From: a virus
Taxonomy: Duplodnaviria; Caudoviricetes
DNA: 55,149 bases
Strand: one strand, 5' to 3'
IMG/VR virus record: IMGVR_UViG_3300021424_000040
Span: 1 to 55,149 of that record
Both the position numbers and the translations under genes were made by a program. Positions within the stretch are counted from its first letter, which is position 1, and each line of letters begins with the position of its first letter. The notes under the pieces are model-generated. The model searched no databases, was not told where the DNA came from, and saw nothing but the letters and a program-made list of their open reading frames with translations. Shown piece after piece: positions 1-8,712 of this stretch.

Positions 1-226
1 AATGTAATAGGTTGAAACGAATCTCAAACTTTCTGTATCGGATTGAGATACCAAATAAATCATGTGGACCAATACCAAACAGAATGGATGGAAACCATTC
101 AGTAGCAGGAAACTCATCCCATTGCACTACACAATCAATGAATGCAAACTTAGGATAGTTTGAGAGCACATGGAAATACCATTCGTGCCCATAATCTTCG
201 TAGTAGACGTAATCAAAGAGTTTCAT
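1..226 (-). CDS. hypothetical protein, runs off the window edge (MKLFDYVYYEDYGHEWYF...)
   Basis: Manually translated open frame. Its ATG at 226 overlaps the stop of the upstream ORF (ATGA coupling). Not in the ORF track. Confidence 0.7.
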   Translation of the reverse strand, partial: MKLFDYVYYEDYGHEWYFHVLSNYPKFAFIDCVVQWDEFPATEWFPSILFGIGPHDLFGISIRYRKFEIRFNLLH

Positions 227-549
227 TTGTCTTTACCATTGAGAATCTTGTCAGCATCAGTGTGATAGAAATCCATTGGTTTATTCTTACCAAGCAACTG
301 CAGCACATGACCTTCAAAGTCAGTAGAATCTGACTCGTAGATGACATGACCGAAGTTATTATCACTCTCGGTATAGTTACCAAGATAATCAGCAAAGGTT
401 AGAAATACTGCCATAGCACGAGCTTTGTCATGCTCGGTGAGTGTTTTGTGTGGGTGTGCGATGATACACATAATGACATTGAATAGCTCAGCAAGCGTAT
501 AAGAAAACGCTGGTGCCTCTTCATTCAGTTTCAGCGGGTTGCTCGTCAT
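223..549 (-). CDS. hypothetical protein
   Basis: ORF 223..585; the likely start is MTSNPLK at 549, which reduces overlap with the upstream gene. Confidence 0.65.
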   Translation of the reverse strand: MTSNPLKLNEEAPAFSYTLAELFNVIMCIIAHPHKTLTEHDKARAMAVFLTFADYLGNYTESDNNFGHVIYESDSTDFEGHVLQLLGKNKPMDFYHTDADKILNGKDK

Positions 550-733
550 TCCATTCCTCATAGCGTGTTTGGATTCTACCATCATTCAGAAAAATATTCA
601 AGTGTCCTATGCTACCGTTTTCCAAATAGAATGCCATCCATACATGACGACCTTCTTCCATCACTTCATAGTGATATGATTTGATGTTGTCAAGCAGAAA
701 CTCATCTGGGTTGTAAATCTCTTTGTCAGTCAT
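521..733 (-). CDS. hypothetical protein
   Basis: 70-aa ORF with ATGA coupling to the upstream gene. Confidence 0.7.
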   Translation of the reverse strand: MTDKEIYNPDEFLLDNIKSYHYEVMEEGRHVWMAFYLENGSIGHLNIFLNDGRIQTRYEEWNDEQPAETE

Positions 734-1641
734 GTTACATCATTAATAAAGTTTCTATCAGGTACTAAACTAGCTTGATTTCTTAGCACACTTCCGTCAA
801 ATCCATCCATTAACCACACACTTTTACCACTATCCCATGCTTCTTTAATACCACCAACATTTGAGTTAAGTGCCCAACCATGGTCAGTATCTAGTATCTG
901 CGGTCCTTTGAAACCATCAACTCTCAGTGCTGGTGATGCTCCACGACCAACGCTAGGAACAATCCAGTCTGCTCCCGTTCGTTTCATCCAGCGTTGTTCT
1001 CCTCGGATACCAGTAGCATAACTCACACCAATATACTTGTCAGTAAACTTATTCCACCATTCAACAACTTTAGATTGAAACCATTTCGTTGATGCAGCGT
1101 TCAACTCATTACCAACTTCTGCCATTACATTATCATACTTGGATGCAATCTCTGCAACTCGTTTGACATGCGCTCGTTGATACTTGTTCCATTCACCTTT
1201 CGTATGAATGTCTTGTGGAATAGTAGGACCGTCTTTAAGACCGTTGAATGGATGATTCTCCCATGCACTACCAAACCCTTGAATAGCACCCTCAAACAAG
1301 CAAATACTGACCGTTAATCCTTCTTTATCTGCTTCTTTGATAGTATTCTCAAGTCTTGTATAGTAAGAGTCTTGTAGACTTCCATCATCTTTCCAAGGAA
1401 CACTACCAACACGCTGAACTCCTGGTGTATTACTACCCCATTTAGATGCAGCAAAGTTAGCTTTTCTAGTTTCAATAGTCCACAACCGAGTCCAGTTTCC
1501 TGTAACTCTATCCATACCTACAGTTTTACCACCAATAGGTTGAACATTATTCCATGTGTGATTGCCAGCAAACTGAGTTTTTTTGCCATCCACATAGAAA
1601 TCATCACCCTTGATTTGGATTCCAGTTAGATTGTCTTTCAT
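730..1641 (-). CDS. glycoside hydrolase-like TIM-barrel protein (GH5/clan GH-A-like)
   Basis: Pattern 'YYTRLENTIKEADKEGLTVSICLF', 'YDNVMAEVGNE' (NE acid/base motif) and 'PQILDTDH'. Confidence 0.6.
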   Translation of the reverse strand: MKDNLTGIQIKGDDFYVDGKKTQFAGNHTWNNVQPIGGKTVGMDRVTGNWTRLWTIETRKANFAASKWGSNTPGVQRVGSVPWKDDGSLQDSYYTRLENTIKEADKEGLTVSICLFEGAIQGFGSAWENHPFNGLKDGPTIPQDIHTKGEWNKYQRAHVKRVAEIASKYDNVMAEVGNELNAASTKWFQSKVVEWWNKFTDKYIGVSYATGIRGEQRWMKRTGADWIVPSVGRGASPALRVDGFKGPQILDTDHGWALNSNVGGIKEAWDSGKSVWLMDGFDGSVLRNQASLVPDRNFINDVT

Positions 1642-1649
1642 AATAGTTA

Positions 1650-2288
1650 TTAAGCAAAGTTATAATGAACTCGGGTATGAAACTCTTTGAAGCAACTCTG
1701 ATTGGAAAGTTTCATCATCACAGGAGGAATGTAATAGGCACATTCAGTGAAGAAATCTTCTTTGCTGAGAAACTTTAGACCATAAAGATACCAAGTGCCA
1801 AACTCTTCATGGAATTTCCTTACAGCACGATATTGCTTTGAAGTAATAGGCACATACTTATGCTCCTCATCAAAGTCATCACCATATGGTGTTGCCTGTG
1901 TCATCATAATACAGGTAGTTTGACCTTCACCAGTGCCGTAGTATTCACCAATCATATACACCCAGTATTCATCAACTGGAAATACATCACGCTGATACTT
2001 CTTCTCATAATCACTCATGGCAACATCAGCAACCAGTTGGTAGTTTTCTTTCCTCTTTGCTTCCAACTCTGCTCGTAGCTCTACCTTTTCAGTTTCAGCA
2101 AGTGCTTTGAGAGCATCGGAATACTTACCAATAGCACCACAAGCAGTTTGAATCACTTTGATTCTTTCGTCTTCAGAAAGTTTCTTCATACCTTCATCAT
2201 TCTCCTTATAAAGTTTGTCAAGTGCTTCCAATGCTTTGTTTTCTGCTTCTCTTCGTGCTGCTTCTTCAAGCATTTCTTCGTGTGTCAT
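1650..2288 (-). CDS. hypothetical protein with N-terminal coiled coil
   Basis: 212-aa ORF in the operon, with an E/K/A-rich helical N-terminus. Confidence 0.75.
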   Translation of the reverse strand: MTHEEMLEEAARREAENKALEALDKLYKENDEGMKKLSEDERIKVIQTACGAIGKYSDALKALAETEKVELRAELEAKRKENYQLVADVAMSDYEKKYQRDVFPVDEYWVYMIGEYYGTGEGQTTCIMMTQATPYGDDFDEEHKYVPITSKQYRAVRKFHEEFGTWYLYGLKFLSKEDFFTECAYYIPPVMMKLSNQSCFKEFHTRVHYNFA

Positions 2289-2568
2289 GTGTCACCTCAA
2301 AACATACTGAGTTAAACTTTTGTTTTAGCACACCACGTAATTCAATCCTAGTGTGCTGTGAATGCACTTCTACATGCTCTACATAGTATTTGTCACCTAC
2401 GATTAGGATACCAGTTGGGTCATCGTTGTTGCCCCATCTAACCTGCTCTGGTGAGCATCCTAGAAACTTTACTGTATCACCTGCTCTTATATCCATACGC
2501 TTTGCCCATCCTAGATTTGGCCACGTATCTCTATATATCTCATTCAACTTATCGTTGTCATAAAACAT
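2266..2568 (-). CDS. hypothetical protein
   Basis: 100-aa ORF tightly packed in the operon. Confidence 0.7.
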   Translation of the reverse strand: MFYDNDKLNEIYRDTWPNLGWAKRMDIRAGDTVKFLGCSPEQVRWGNNDDPTGILIVGDKYYVEHVEVHSQHTRIELRGVLKQKFNSVCFEVTHDTRRNA

Positions 2569-2569
2569 G

Positions 2570-3415
2570 TCAGGAATACATCAAAATCTCCGTAGCAGGT
2601 TTAGCAGCGTATCCTGTGCTAGTTTTTTTTCTTCGTCCCGCTGTATATGTTACAGGAAATCGCACCAGATTTAGATCACCTTTTCTATCATCAAAGAATG
2701 TAGAACCATCACAACGATTACACAACATCACATGACCATCAGTTGATTTAGCATGTTCGATCAGTTTTTCTGTAGCGGTATCATCCCAACTTGTACCATA
2801 TTTGGTGAAACTATCCCTATATGGCGGATCAAAATAAGTAAACGAACCAGTAGGACAATCAATGTAATCACCACACAGAATGTTTACACGTTGAAGCAAC
2901 TCATTCCAAGCAAAAACATTTTGCTTATCATACACTACATCAGTTTGATTCAATAGACCAGCTGGAGTGCCATATCTACCATTTGTGTTCTTGTTAATCT
3001 GCCAAATACCGTTAAAACCAGTTTTCATGAGGAAGTACAGAACTCCCGCCTCAAATGGTTTTGACCATTGTTGGTAATCGTATGCGTGAGCATGTCTCAC
3101 TTCAAAGAAATACTTCTTCCTGTCTTCTTTAGACAAACAAATGTATTTTGCCTGAAAGACATCTACAACGTTACAAAACTCTTCTGGATTTTCTTTTACC
3201 GATCGGTAAATATTCATGATATTATCGTTAATATCATTGATATATGCGTGTTCGGGATTATATTTCTGCATGATATGCAAAAACATAGCGCCACCACCAA
3301 AAAATGGTTCGCTATAAGAAGTGATATTTACTGCACTAGGAAGATAAGGCAGTTGATATTTAAGGACTTTGGTTTTGCCGCCTGCCCACATGAATAAAGG
3401 TTTAATCTTGGTCAT
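2570..3415 (-). CDS. dam: Dam-family (D12 class) N6-adenine DNA methyltransferase
   Basis: 'WAGGK', motif I 'EPFFGGGA', 'INDIN', 'FNGIWQIN' and catalytic 'DPPY'. The likely start is MTKIKPLF at 3415. Confidence 0.9.
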   Translation of the reverse strand: MTKIKPLFMWAGGKTKVLKYQLPYLPSAVNITSYSEPFFGGGAMFLHIMQKYNPEHAYINDINDNIMNIYRSVKENPEEFCNVVDVFQAKYICLSKEDRKKYFFEVRHAHAYDYQQWSKPFEAGVLYFLMKTGFNGIWQINKNTNGRYGTPAGLLNQTDVVYDKQNVFAWNELLQRVNILCGDYIDCPTGSFTYFDPPYRDSFTKYGTSWDDTATEKLIEHAKSTDGHVMLCNRCDGSTFFDDRKGDLNLVRFPVTYTAGRRKKTSTGYAAKPATEILMYS

Positions 3416-3617
3416 TCTGATAAGTAGGTGGATGATACTTAAGATATTCAAAGAAAGTTAGTTTCATTTCCTTGTGTGTCATGCCACAGTGTTTTGCTGC
3501 AGCTGGCAGAGTCATCTTAGCATGAAACAATCCTTCATTTGCTTCTCTGACGTTTTCTGGAGTGGTTTTAACTGGCACTTCAAATAATGCTGCTTTATTG
3601 ATTTTTAGTAAACCCAT
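3402..3617 (-). CDS. hypothetical protein, possible small HTH
   Basis: 71-aa ORF; 'MTLPAAAKHCGMT' resembles an HTH. Confidence 0.65.
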   Translation of the reverse strand: MGLLKINKAALFEVPVKTTPENVREANEGLFHAKMTLPAAAKHCGMTHKEMKLTFFEYLKYHPPTYQNDQD

Positions 3618-3801
3618 CTTTCATCTCTTCGATCGTATCAAACAGTTTGTCGATTGACTTGAGCTTATCAATGTCACACATCAACTCAGAAATATACTTA
3701 GATACTACTGGGCGCTCATTTCGTGCTGCAAATGCAAGTGCATTACGCATTGCTGCTTGTGCTTCATCCAGAGAATCTTCAACTTGTTTAGATAGTGCCA
3801 T
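3595..3801 (-). CDS. hypothetical protein
   Basis: ORF 3595..3825; the likely start is MALSKQV. Confidence 0.7.
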   Translation of the reverse strand: MALSKQVEDSLDEAQAAMRNALAFAARNERPVVSKYISELMCDIDKLKSIDKLFDTIEEMKDGFTKNQ

Positions 3802-3802
3802 A

Positions 3803-4054
3803 TTAAAAAAACCAAATTTGAACAAGTTTAACTGCTTCTACGATAGCAAAGAATGATCGGATTGTCAAGATATCCCACATTCGCATCTTTTGAAAATGTG
3901 GCCATGACAATACATTTCCTATCATTCTGCAGTAGATACCAACTTCAACACTAGTGAAAAGAATGATGACATAACCAACAACAAACATCATGTTGCCGAT
4001 TACCCTCATCCAACTAAGCATCGGATATCTAGGGTCAATAAATTTATATTCCAT
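3803..4054 (-). CDS. small membrane protein
   Basis: 83 aa with hydrophobic segments. Confidence 0.65.
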   Translation of the reverse strand: MEYKFIDPRYPMLSWMRVIGNMMFVVGYVIILFTSVEVGIYCRMIGNVLSWPHFQKMRMWDILTIRSFFAIVEAVKLVQIWFF

Positions 4055-4233
4055 TAGTCAGAAGCTCGCCATTGTGTAACTCTAGTGCGATTAGTTTGAA
4101 ACTCTTCTACGATTGTGAGGATTTTATGTGCTTTTTCTTTGGCACTTGATTCATTCCAATCCGTAGAGTTTTCACTCCAAAGATACCACATTTCTTCAAT
4201 AATACTATCAATGAGTTTATCATAATGCGTCAT
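4054..4233 (-). CDS. hypothetical protein (59 aa, MTHYDKLIDSIIEEMWYLWSE...)
   Basis: Manual translation. GGAGG SD upstream; stop/start overlaps on both sides; below the ORF-track cutoff. Confidence 0.7.
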   Translation of the reverse strand: MTHYDKLIDSIIEEMWYLWSENSTDWNESSAKEKAHKILTIVEEFQTNRTRVTQWRASD

Positions 4234-4355
4234 TGAATGACCTCCAGTTTGCGCTTTAATGCCTGCTTACGTGCTTTTGCTTGACGCATTGCCTGAGGTT
4301 TCAAGGTGCGTTTGCATTCTTTTTTAGAATGATGTTGCCAGTTAGGCGTAGTCAT
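4230..4355 (-). CDS. small basic protein (41 aa, MTTPNWQHHSKKECKRTLKPQAMRQAKARKQALKRKLEVIQ)
   Basis: Manual translation. AAAGGA SD upstream; ATGA coupling to the next gene. Confidence 0.65.
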   Translation of the reverse strand: MTTPNWQHHSKKECKRTLKPQAMRQAKARKQALKRKLEVIQ

Positions 4356-4382
4356 TGATCTGTCCTTTTAGATTATATAGGA

Positions 4383-4613
4383 TTATTCAAAGGTAGGGCA
4401 GACAAAATAGGAGAGTTCATCTCCATCTTTTGCAGTTCCCCACTCATGAAACTCTTGACAAAGAGCGAATATGTCAGCATGACGATTTTGTTTGTCAAGC
4501 ATCTCAAAACGTGCTTCCACGTATTCAAGAATGCCGCCAACCACGTCTCCAACGTCCTCGCAATCAATCATCGGAACCACGCCGTCGTCGCCGTAATCGA
4601 TGATGCCTTTCAT
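4383..4613 (-). CDS. small acidic hypothetical protein
   Basis: 76-aa ORF with CAGGA SD, directly downstream of a sigma70-type promoter. Confidence 0.7.
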   Translation of the reverse strand: MKGIIDYGDDGVVPMIDCEDVGDVVGGILEYVEARFEMLDKQNRHADIFALCQEFHEWGTAKDGDELSYFVCPTFE

Positions 4614-4637
4614 GGGTGTCCTGTTCAGTGCTTTGCT

Positions 4638-4667
4638 ACTGTAGCACGGGTGTCAACCCCCTGTCAA
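4638..4667 (-). promoter_or_regulatory. sigma70-type (early) promoter
   Basis: TTGACA (4667-4662), 18-nt spacer, TG-C-TACAGT (4643-4638). Confidence 0.7.
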
Positions 4668-6085
4668 GCCCCCTGACGAAATCCATCAATATAATCTAAA
4701 TGATTCATTGTTTGATCATTAAGTTCCGAAGATAAAGCGAACGGCGGAATATCTGAATAATATTTCCATTTATATCTACGTGCAGATAATGTGTGAAAAA
4801 TCATATCTGCATTAGTAATATCATTACCATCATTGCTGTCAAATCGTTCAATCACATCATCATAAAAATCCCAATGTACATTTTTATGATCTTTCCAAAA
4901 AAGTGTATCGTTCCTATAACAAGTTTTGTATTGTGCTAAAATAAAAGCAGCCCAAAATTTATACAAATGTTCTATAGATTTATTTGAAGTCCACAAACAA
5001 TGTTCATACACAGCTCCAGATCCATATCTCTTTTGTTGACTAAACAAATATTTTAATCGTATCAATGCATCTAAAGTTAATGTTATTCCAGGTGCATCCA
5101 AAGGTTCTAAAAATCCATTACACATACCAATAGTGCAAAAATTGCTATTAAAAGTTTTTTTACTATATCTTGGTTCGAATGAAACTAATCTAGGTGATAT
5201 GTTAGTATCTCCTATATCTTGTAAAAACTCTTCTAACGCTTGTTCATGTGTCACATGTCTATCACTAAAAACATACCCCGTCCCAATCCTAGAATATGTT
5301 GGTGTTATCCATCTCCATCCATATTTCATAGTTTTAGCTATCGTATATGGGTGGAACTGTTTACGTTTTTGTTTATATTCTAAAGGATAAACATATGCTT
5401 TATTGGTTAACAGTATGTCTGATAAATCTACATATTCTAGTCCAAGTTGATCAACGATCAAACTGTTTGAACCAGTTGCAAAAATAAAATAATCTGCTTC
5501 AATATGTGATCCATTTTGAAGTTTTAAAGATTTTATTCTGTTTTCGTCAAATACACAACCTAAAACAGTACTATGAATGACTTCAAAGTTATTTGTTTTT
5601 ATATGATTTGAAAGATAATCAATATATTTTGCAGCATCAAAATGCCAAGAAATAGGGTACTCGTCAAAATTTAATATGACTTCATTTGACCTCACAATGT
5701 TAAATAAATCTTTTGCATATAAATCATGAAATTTTGTTTGACTATCTCTATTAGATAACGAAGCAAAATACGATTTTGATTTTATTTTAATGTGATTCCA
5801 TGGAGTGCCTCCACGTTTAAAGTTGTGTAAAAAATCTTCATCTGACCAGTTTTTATAAAAAACTCCATATTTAACAGCAGCATCAGACTTCACGATAAAC
5901 TCTTGCATTTTACTGCCAATGTCAGCGTGAAAATCATTTAAAACTATAGTATTGGATTCACCAACTCCTATAGGCATTATTTCTGGTGAACCAATAATAG
6001 TAACTTTTTCTATGCTTTTGTCAATGGCAAAATAGTTTGCCGCCATCCATCCAGCTGCTCCAGTTCCAATCACACATATTTTCAT
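4664..6085 (-). CDS. flavin-dependent tryptophan halogenase-family protein (PrnA-like)
   Basis: GxGxxG 'GTGAAG', 'IGVGES', lysine in 'AVKYGV', 'WHFDA', 'GWRWITP', 'RIGTGYVFS' and 'FLEPLDAPG'. Confidence 0.88.
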   Translation of the reverse strand: MKICVIGTGAAGWMAANYFAIDKSIEKVTIIGSPEIMPIGVGESNTIVLNDFHADIGSKMQEFIVKSDAAVKYGVFYKNWSDEDFLHNFKRGGTPWNHIKIKSKSYFASLSNRDSQTKFHDLYAKDLFNIVRSNEVILNFDEYPISWHFDAAKYIDYLSNHIKTNNFEVIHSTVLGCVFDENRIKSLKLQNGSHIEADYFIFATGSNSLIVDQLGLEYVDLSDILLTNKAYVYPLEYKQKRKQFHPYTIAKTMKYGWRWITPTYSRIGTGYVFSDRHVTHEQALEEFLQDIGDTNISPRLVSFEPRYSKKTFNSNFCTIGMCNGFLEPLDAPGITLTLDALIRLKYLFSQQKRYGSGAVYEHCLWTSNKSIEHLYKFWAAFILAQYKTCYRNDTLFWKDHKNVHWDFYDDVIERFDSNDGNDITNADMIFHTLSARRYKWKYYSDIPPFALSSELNDQTMNHLDYIDGFRQGA

Positions 6086-6093
6086 AAAAATCT

Positions 6094-6456
6094 TTAATCA
6101 TATTTTACAAATGGAAAATTTTCAAAACAACTATCTCCATTTGAGGTGAAGATATGAACATATACATTATATTCCTCATAATCCATTTCGTTTATGAAAG
6201 GAAACCATTCTTGAGCTCTTTCTCTAGCGGCTATCTCATCTTCAAAAAACAAAACGTTATGCTTTTGAGATAATAAACAATCGACAACTTCTTCTGGACA
6301 TATTTTTTTGTAATGTTTAACAACTTCATCAATTTTTTGTTGATCTGACGATGCCTGAATACCAACTGCTTTGAAATACATCAAAGATTTCTGCTTAAGA
6401 GCAGCATATTCAGACATAGCTTGCCAAAAACTTTTTGGTTCGTAATATGATTCCAT
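6094..6456 (-). CDS. hypothetical protein
   Basis: 120-aa ORF coupled (TAATG) to the upstream oxygenase. Confidence 0.75.
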   Translation of the reverse strand: MESYYEPKSFWQAMSEYAALKQKSLMYFKAVGIQASSDQQKIDEVVKHYKKICPEEVVDCLLSQKHNVLFFEDEIAARERAQEWFPFINEMDYEEYNVYVHIFTSNGDSCFENFPFVKYD

Positions 6457-7151
6457 TAGTCAGAAAATCTCCTTCTTAGTTGCATGAAAATGTGAGTTAA
6501 TCGATTATTAAGATTATCAAATTCTGGTGTATTTAGTTTGTCTTTATACTCGTTGTTTATCTCATGTATATCACAAATAAGTTCCCTTATCATGGAATCT
6601 CTTATTTTACTTTGAACCCAAAAAACAGCAACATCTCTGGTTCCGCGTGTAACTTCAGTAACTTTATGTATGTAAGATGTAGGATAAAAAATAGCGTAAC
6701 CAGAATCCAGTTTAAAAGACTGAGTTTGATTACCTATTTGTAAAACAAGTTCTCCGCCATCATAATCAGTTGGAGGAGATAAGAAAAGAGTGCAACTATA
6801 ATCAGTTCTGATATAATCATTAGTGCTCTTATGTTTCATTATGGAGTTATCGTTATGGAATCCATAATACATCCCTTCAGTATACCGAGCAAAATTCATT
6901 ATTGATATAGATACAGGCAAAATATAGTTTCTAAAATCATAACAATCCTCCAAAGCATGTGCAATGATATCAGAAACTTCTAGATATTTTTTATCAGTAT
7001 AAGACTCTCCATGATCTGCTTCTAGATTATTTTTCTTATCTAGATTAATAGTTTTACCACCCCACAAACCAGATTCAAAAATAGCAGAGTCATAGTATTT
7101 TTTTATTTTATTGATTTGTATATCATTCAAAACTTTCATAACATAAAACAT
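6456..7151 (-). CDS. PKHD-type (PiuC/YbiX-like) 2OG-Fe(II) oxygenase
   Basis: 'YGFHND' (HxD), 'RTDYSCTLFLSPPTDYDGGEL', 'YPTSYIHKVTEVTRGTR' and 'WVQS'. Confidence 0.9.
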   Translation of the reverse strand: MFYVMKVLNDIQINKIKKYYDSAIFESGLWGGKTINLDKKNNLEADHGESYTDKKYLEVSDIIAHALEDCYDFRNYILPVSISIMNFARYTEGMYYGFHNDNSIMKHKSTNDYIRTDYSCTLFLSPPTDYDGGELVLQIGNQTQSFKLDSGYAIFYPTSYIHKVTEVTRGTRDVAVFWVQSKIRDSMIRELICDIHEINNEYKDKLNTPEFDNLNNRLTHIFMQLRRRFSD

Positions 7152-7157
7152 ACTTTA

Positions 7158-8072
7158 TCAACCCCCAGTATTTTCTAAATAATCTTCTGCGTTTTGTACC
7201 ATTCTATCTATATAAGATTTAGAGTTAGTGTTGCTAGGTGGAACAAACTGCAGCGGTGGGACAATAAGTTCAGTATCAATAGCATCCAATGATTTTTTAA
7301 TTTCTTGTCGTATTCTCTCAAAATCTTCCAGTTCTATTTCGCTTCCATCGACAGACCAATCAACTCTAGTTGATGGTAAAGATAACCAAGCTTGGAATCT
7401 TAGAAGCTTTCTCTTTATAGTTTCAAAATAATATTGATTAAACTGATCTGGAGTAGATAAATATTCTACTTCTTTATTTGGATATCTATCAATATAATGT
7501 TCAGGTATAATAGGAAATTTTGCAGTTAGAGGATTGTTTTCAAACTCTGGATCTATTTCTGGAAGATCTCGCAAATACTGCCTGTATTTTCTATATAAAT
7601 CTTGTTTTTCTGTATCTCTTACCGACCCATCATCAATAAAAATCCAATCAGTCATATAAAGCATTCTTTGCCTTAAAAGACGAAGATTAACCTGCAAAAT
7701 ATTAGTAAACTCATTTACTTTTTTTTGAACTTCTTCTTTTGCTTTTTGCAAATCTAATAATCTTGCTTGCTCATAAAATGATGCAAAAATGTTGTATGCA
7801 TCTTTAGCTTGTTCTAGAGTTGCTTCAGTAAACATGTAGTTTTTTTCTGAAGTTTGACGATATCTATAATCATAGATTTGTTTTTTTCTTTCGCAGTTGT
7901 ATTCTCCGCTCTCATAATACTCAAACAAAAGAATATAATCTTTATCATTGTGCCAGAAAGATCCCAACTGCTCACAAAGCAGCAATCTTTTTTCGTCATC
8001 TAAAGTAACTACCTGCCCCTGATAAACAATAGTACTTTCTTTTAGATTAGCTTGAAGAATAATGTTTGCCAT
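7158..8072 (-). CDS. tail fibre assembly chaperone-domain protein
   Basis: 'LRLLRQRMLYMTDW...YRKYRQYLRDLP...FP' matches the Tfa/tail-assembly chaperone signature R..R..LL..sDW...YRQ.LRDlP. Confidence 0.7.
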   Translation of the reverse strand: MANIILQANLKESTIVYQGQVVTLDDEKRLLLCEQLGSFWHNDKDYILLFEYYESGEYNCERKKQIYDYRYRQTSEKNYMFTEATLEQAKDAYNIFASFYEQARLLDLQKAKEEVQKKVNEFTNILQVNLRLLRQRMLYMTDWIFIDDGSVRDTEKQDLYRKYRQYLRDLPEIDPEFENNPLTAKFPIIPEHYIDRYPNKEVEYLSTPDQFNQYYFETIKRKLLRFQAWLSLPSTRVDWSVDGSEIELEDFERIRQEIKKSLDAIDTELIVPPLQFVPPSNTNSKSYIDRMVQNAEDYLENTGG

Positions 8073-8082
8073 TGATTATAAC

Positions 8083-8697
8083 TTATTTGAGTTTCGGAAC
8101 TTTGATATACCAACCAGTCAAAATATATTTATCTTCAGTAAATACAGTATTTCCTTTGTGAACATGAGTCATTCCAGCTGGCCAAATAACAACTGTACCT
8201 GCTTCTGATTTTATCCTGCGTTTTTGGTATAAAAACTCCGTTTCTGCCTCTCCATCTGGAAGAGTATTTAAATATATTGCCCAAACTAGTTCTCGATGGG
8301 CATGATCATATGATCCAGATTCATAATGCCACACATGATATCCGCCTCCTGGGGGAGTTTTTTGCATCTTAATATCTGTAGATATGATAGGAACGGTTTT
8401 TAACTGACCATATTCTCTGATATAATCCATCACACATGACTGAAGATATTGATTGATCTCTCCAGTAAACTCTGTATTATGTGCATTGATCATCAAAGAC
8501 AAATCTTTACGACCAAGATTATTATCATGAAACTGTTCAGTGCCATCCGCAAAAGAAGCTCTATCATTTGAGAAGACATCATCAAAATATTTTATATATT
8601 TTTTGCAAAGAGATACTGGAACGTGTTTTTTCCAAACACCAATAAACTCATCAAAATCACCCTCCATCAACTCTAGAGGTTTAATAGGTATAGTCAT
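8083..8697 (-). CDS. 2OG-Fe(II) oxygenase (prolyl 4-hydroxylase-like)
   Basis: 'KTPPGGGYHVWHYE' (HxE), 'YLN...GEAETEF', 'IWPAGMTHVHKG' and 'KYILTGW'. Confidence 0.9.
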   Translation of the reverse strand: MTIPIKPLELMEGDFDEFIGVWKKHVPVSLCKKYIKYFDDVFSNDRASFADGTEQFHDNNLGRKDLSLMINAHNTEFTGEINQYLQSCVMDYIREYGQLKTVPIISTDIKMQKTPPGGGYHVWHYESGSYDHAHRELVWAIYLNTLPDGEAETEFLYQKRRIKSEAGTVVIWPAGMTHVHKGNTVFTEDKYILTGWYIKVPKLK

Positions 8698-8712
8698 AGG
8701 TCACTCCAATAT

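Noticed and set aside
2570-3415. Restriction-modification system
   Set aside because: No cognate endonuclease is adjacent; an orphan Dam is normal for T4-like phages.
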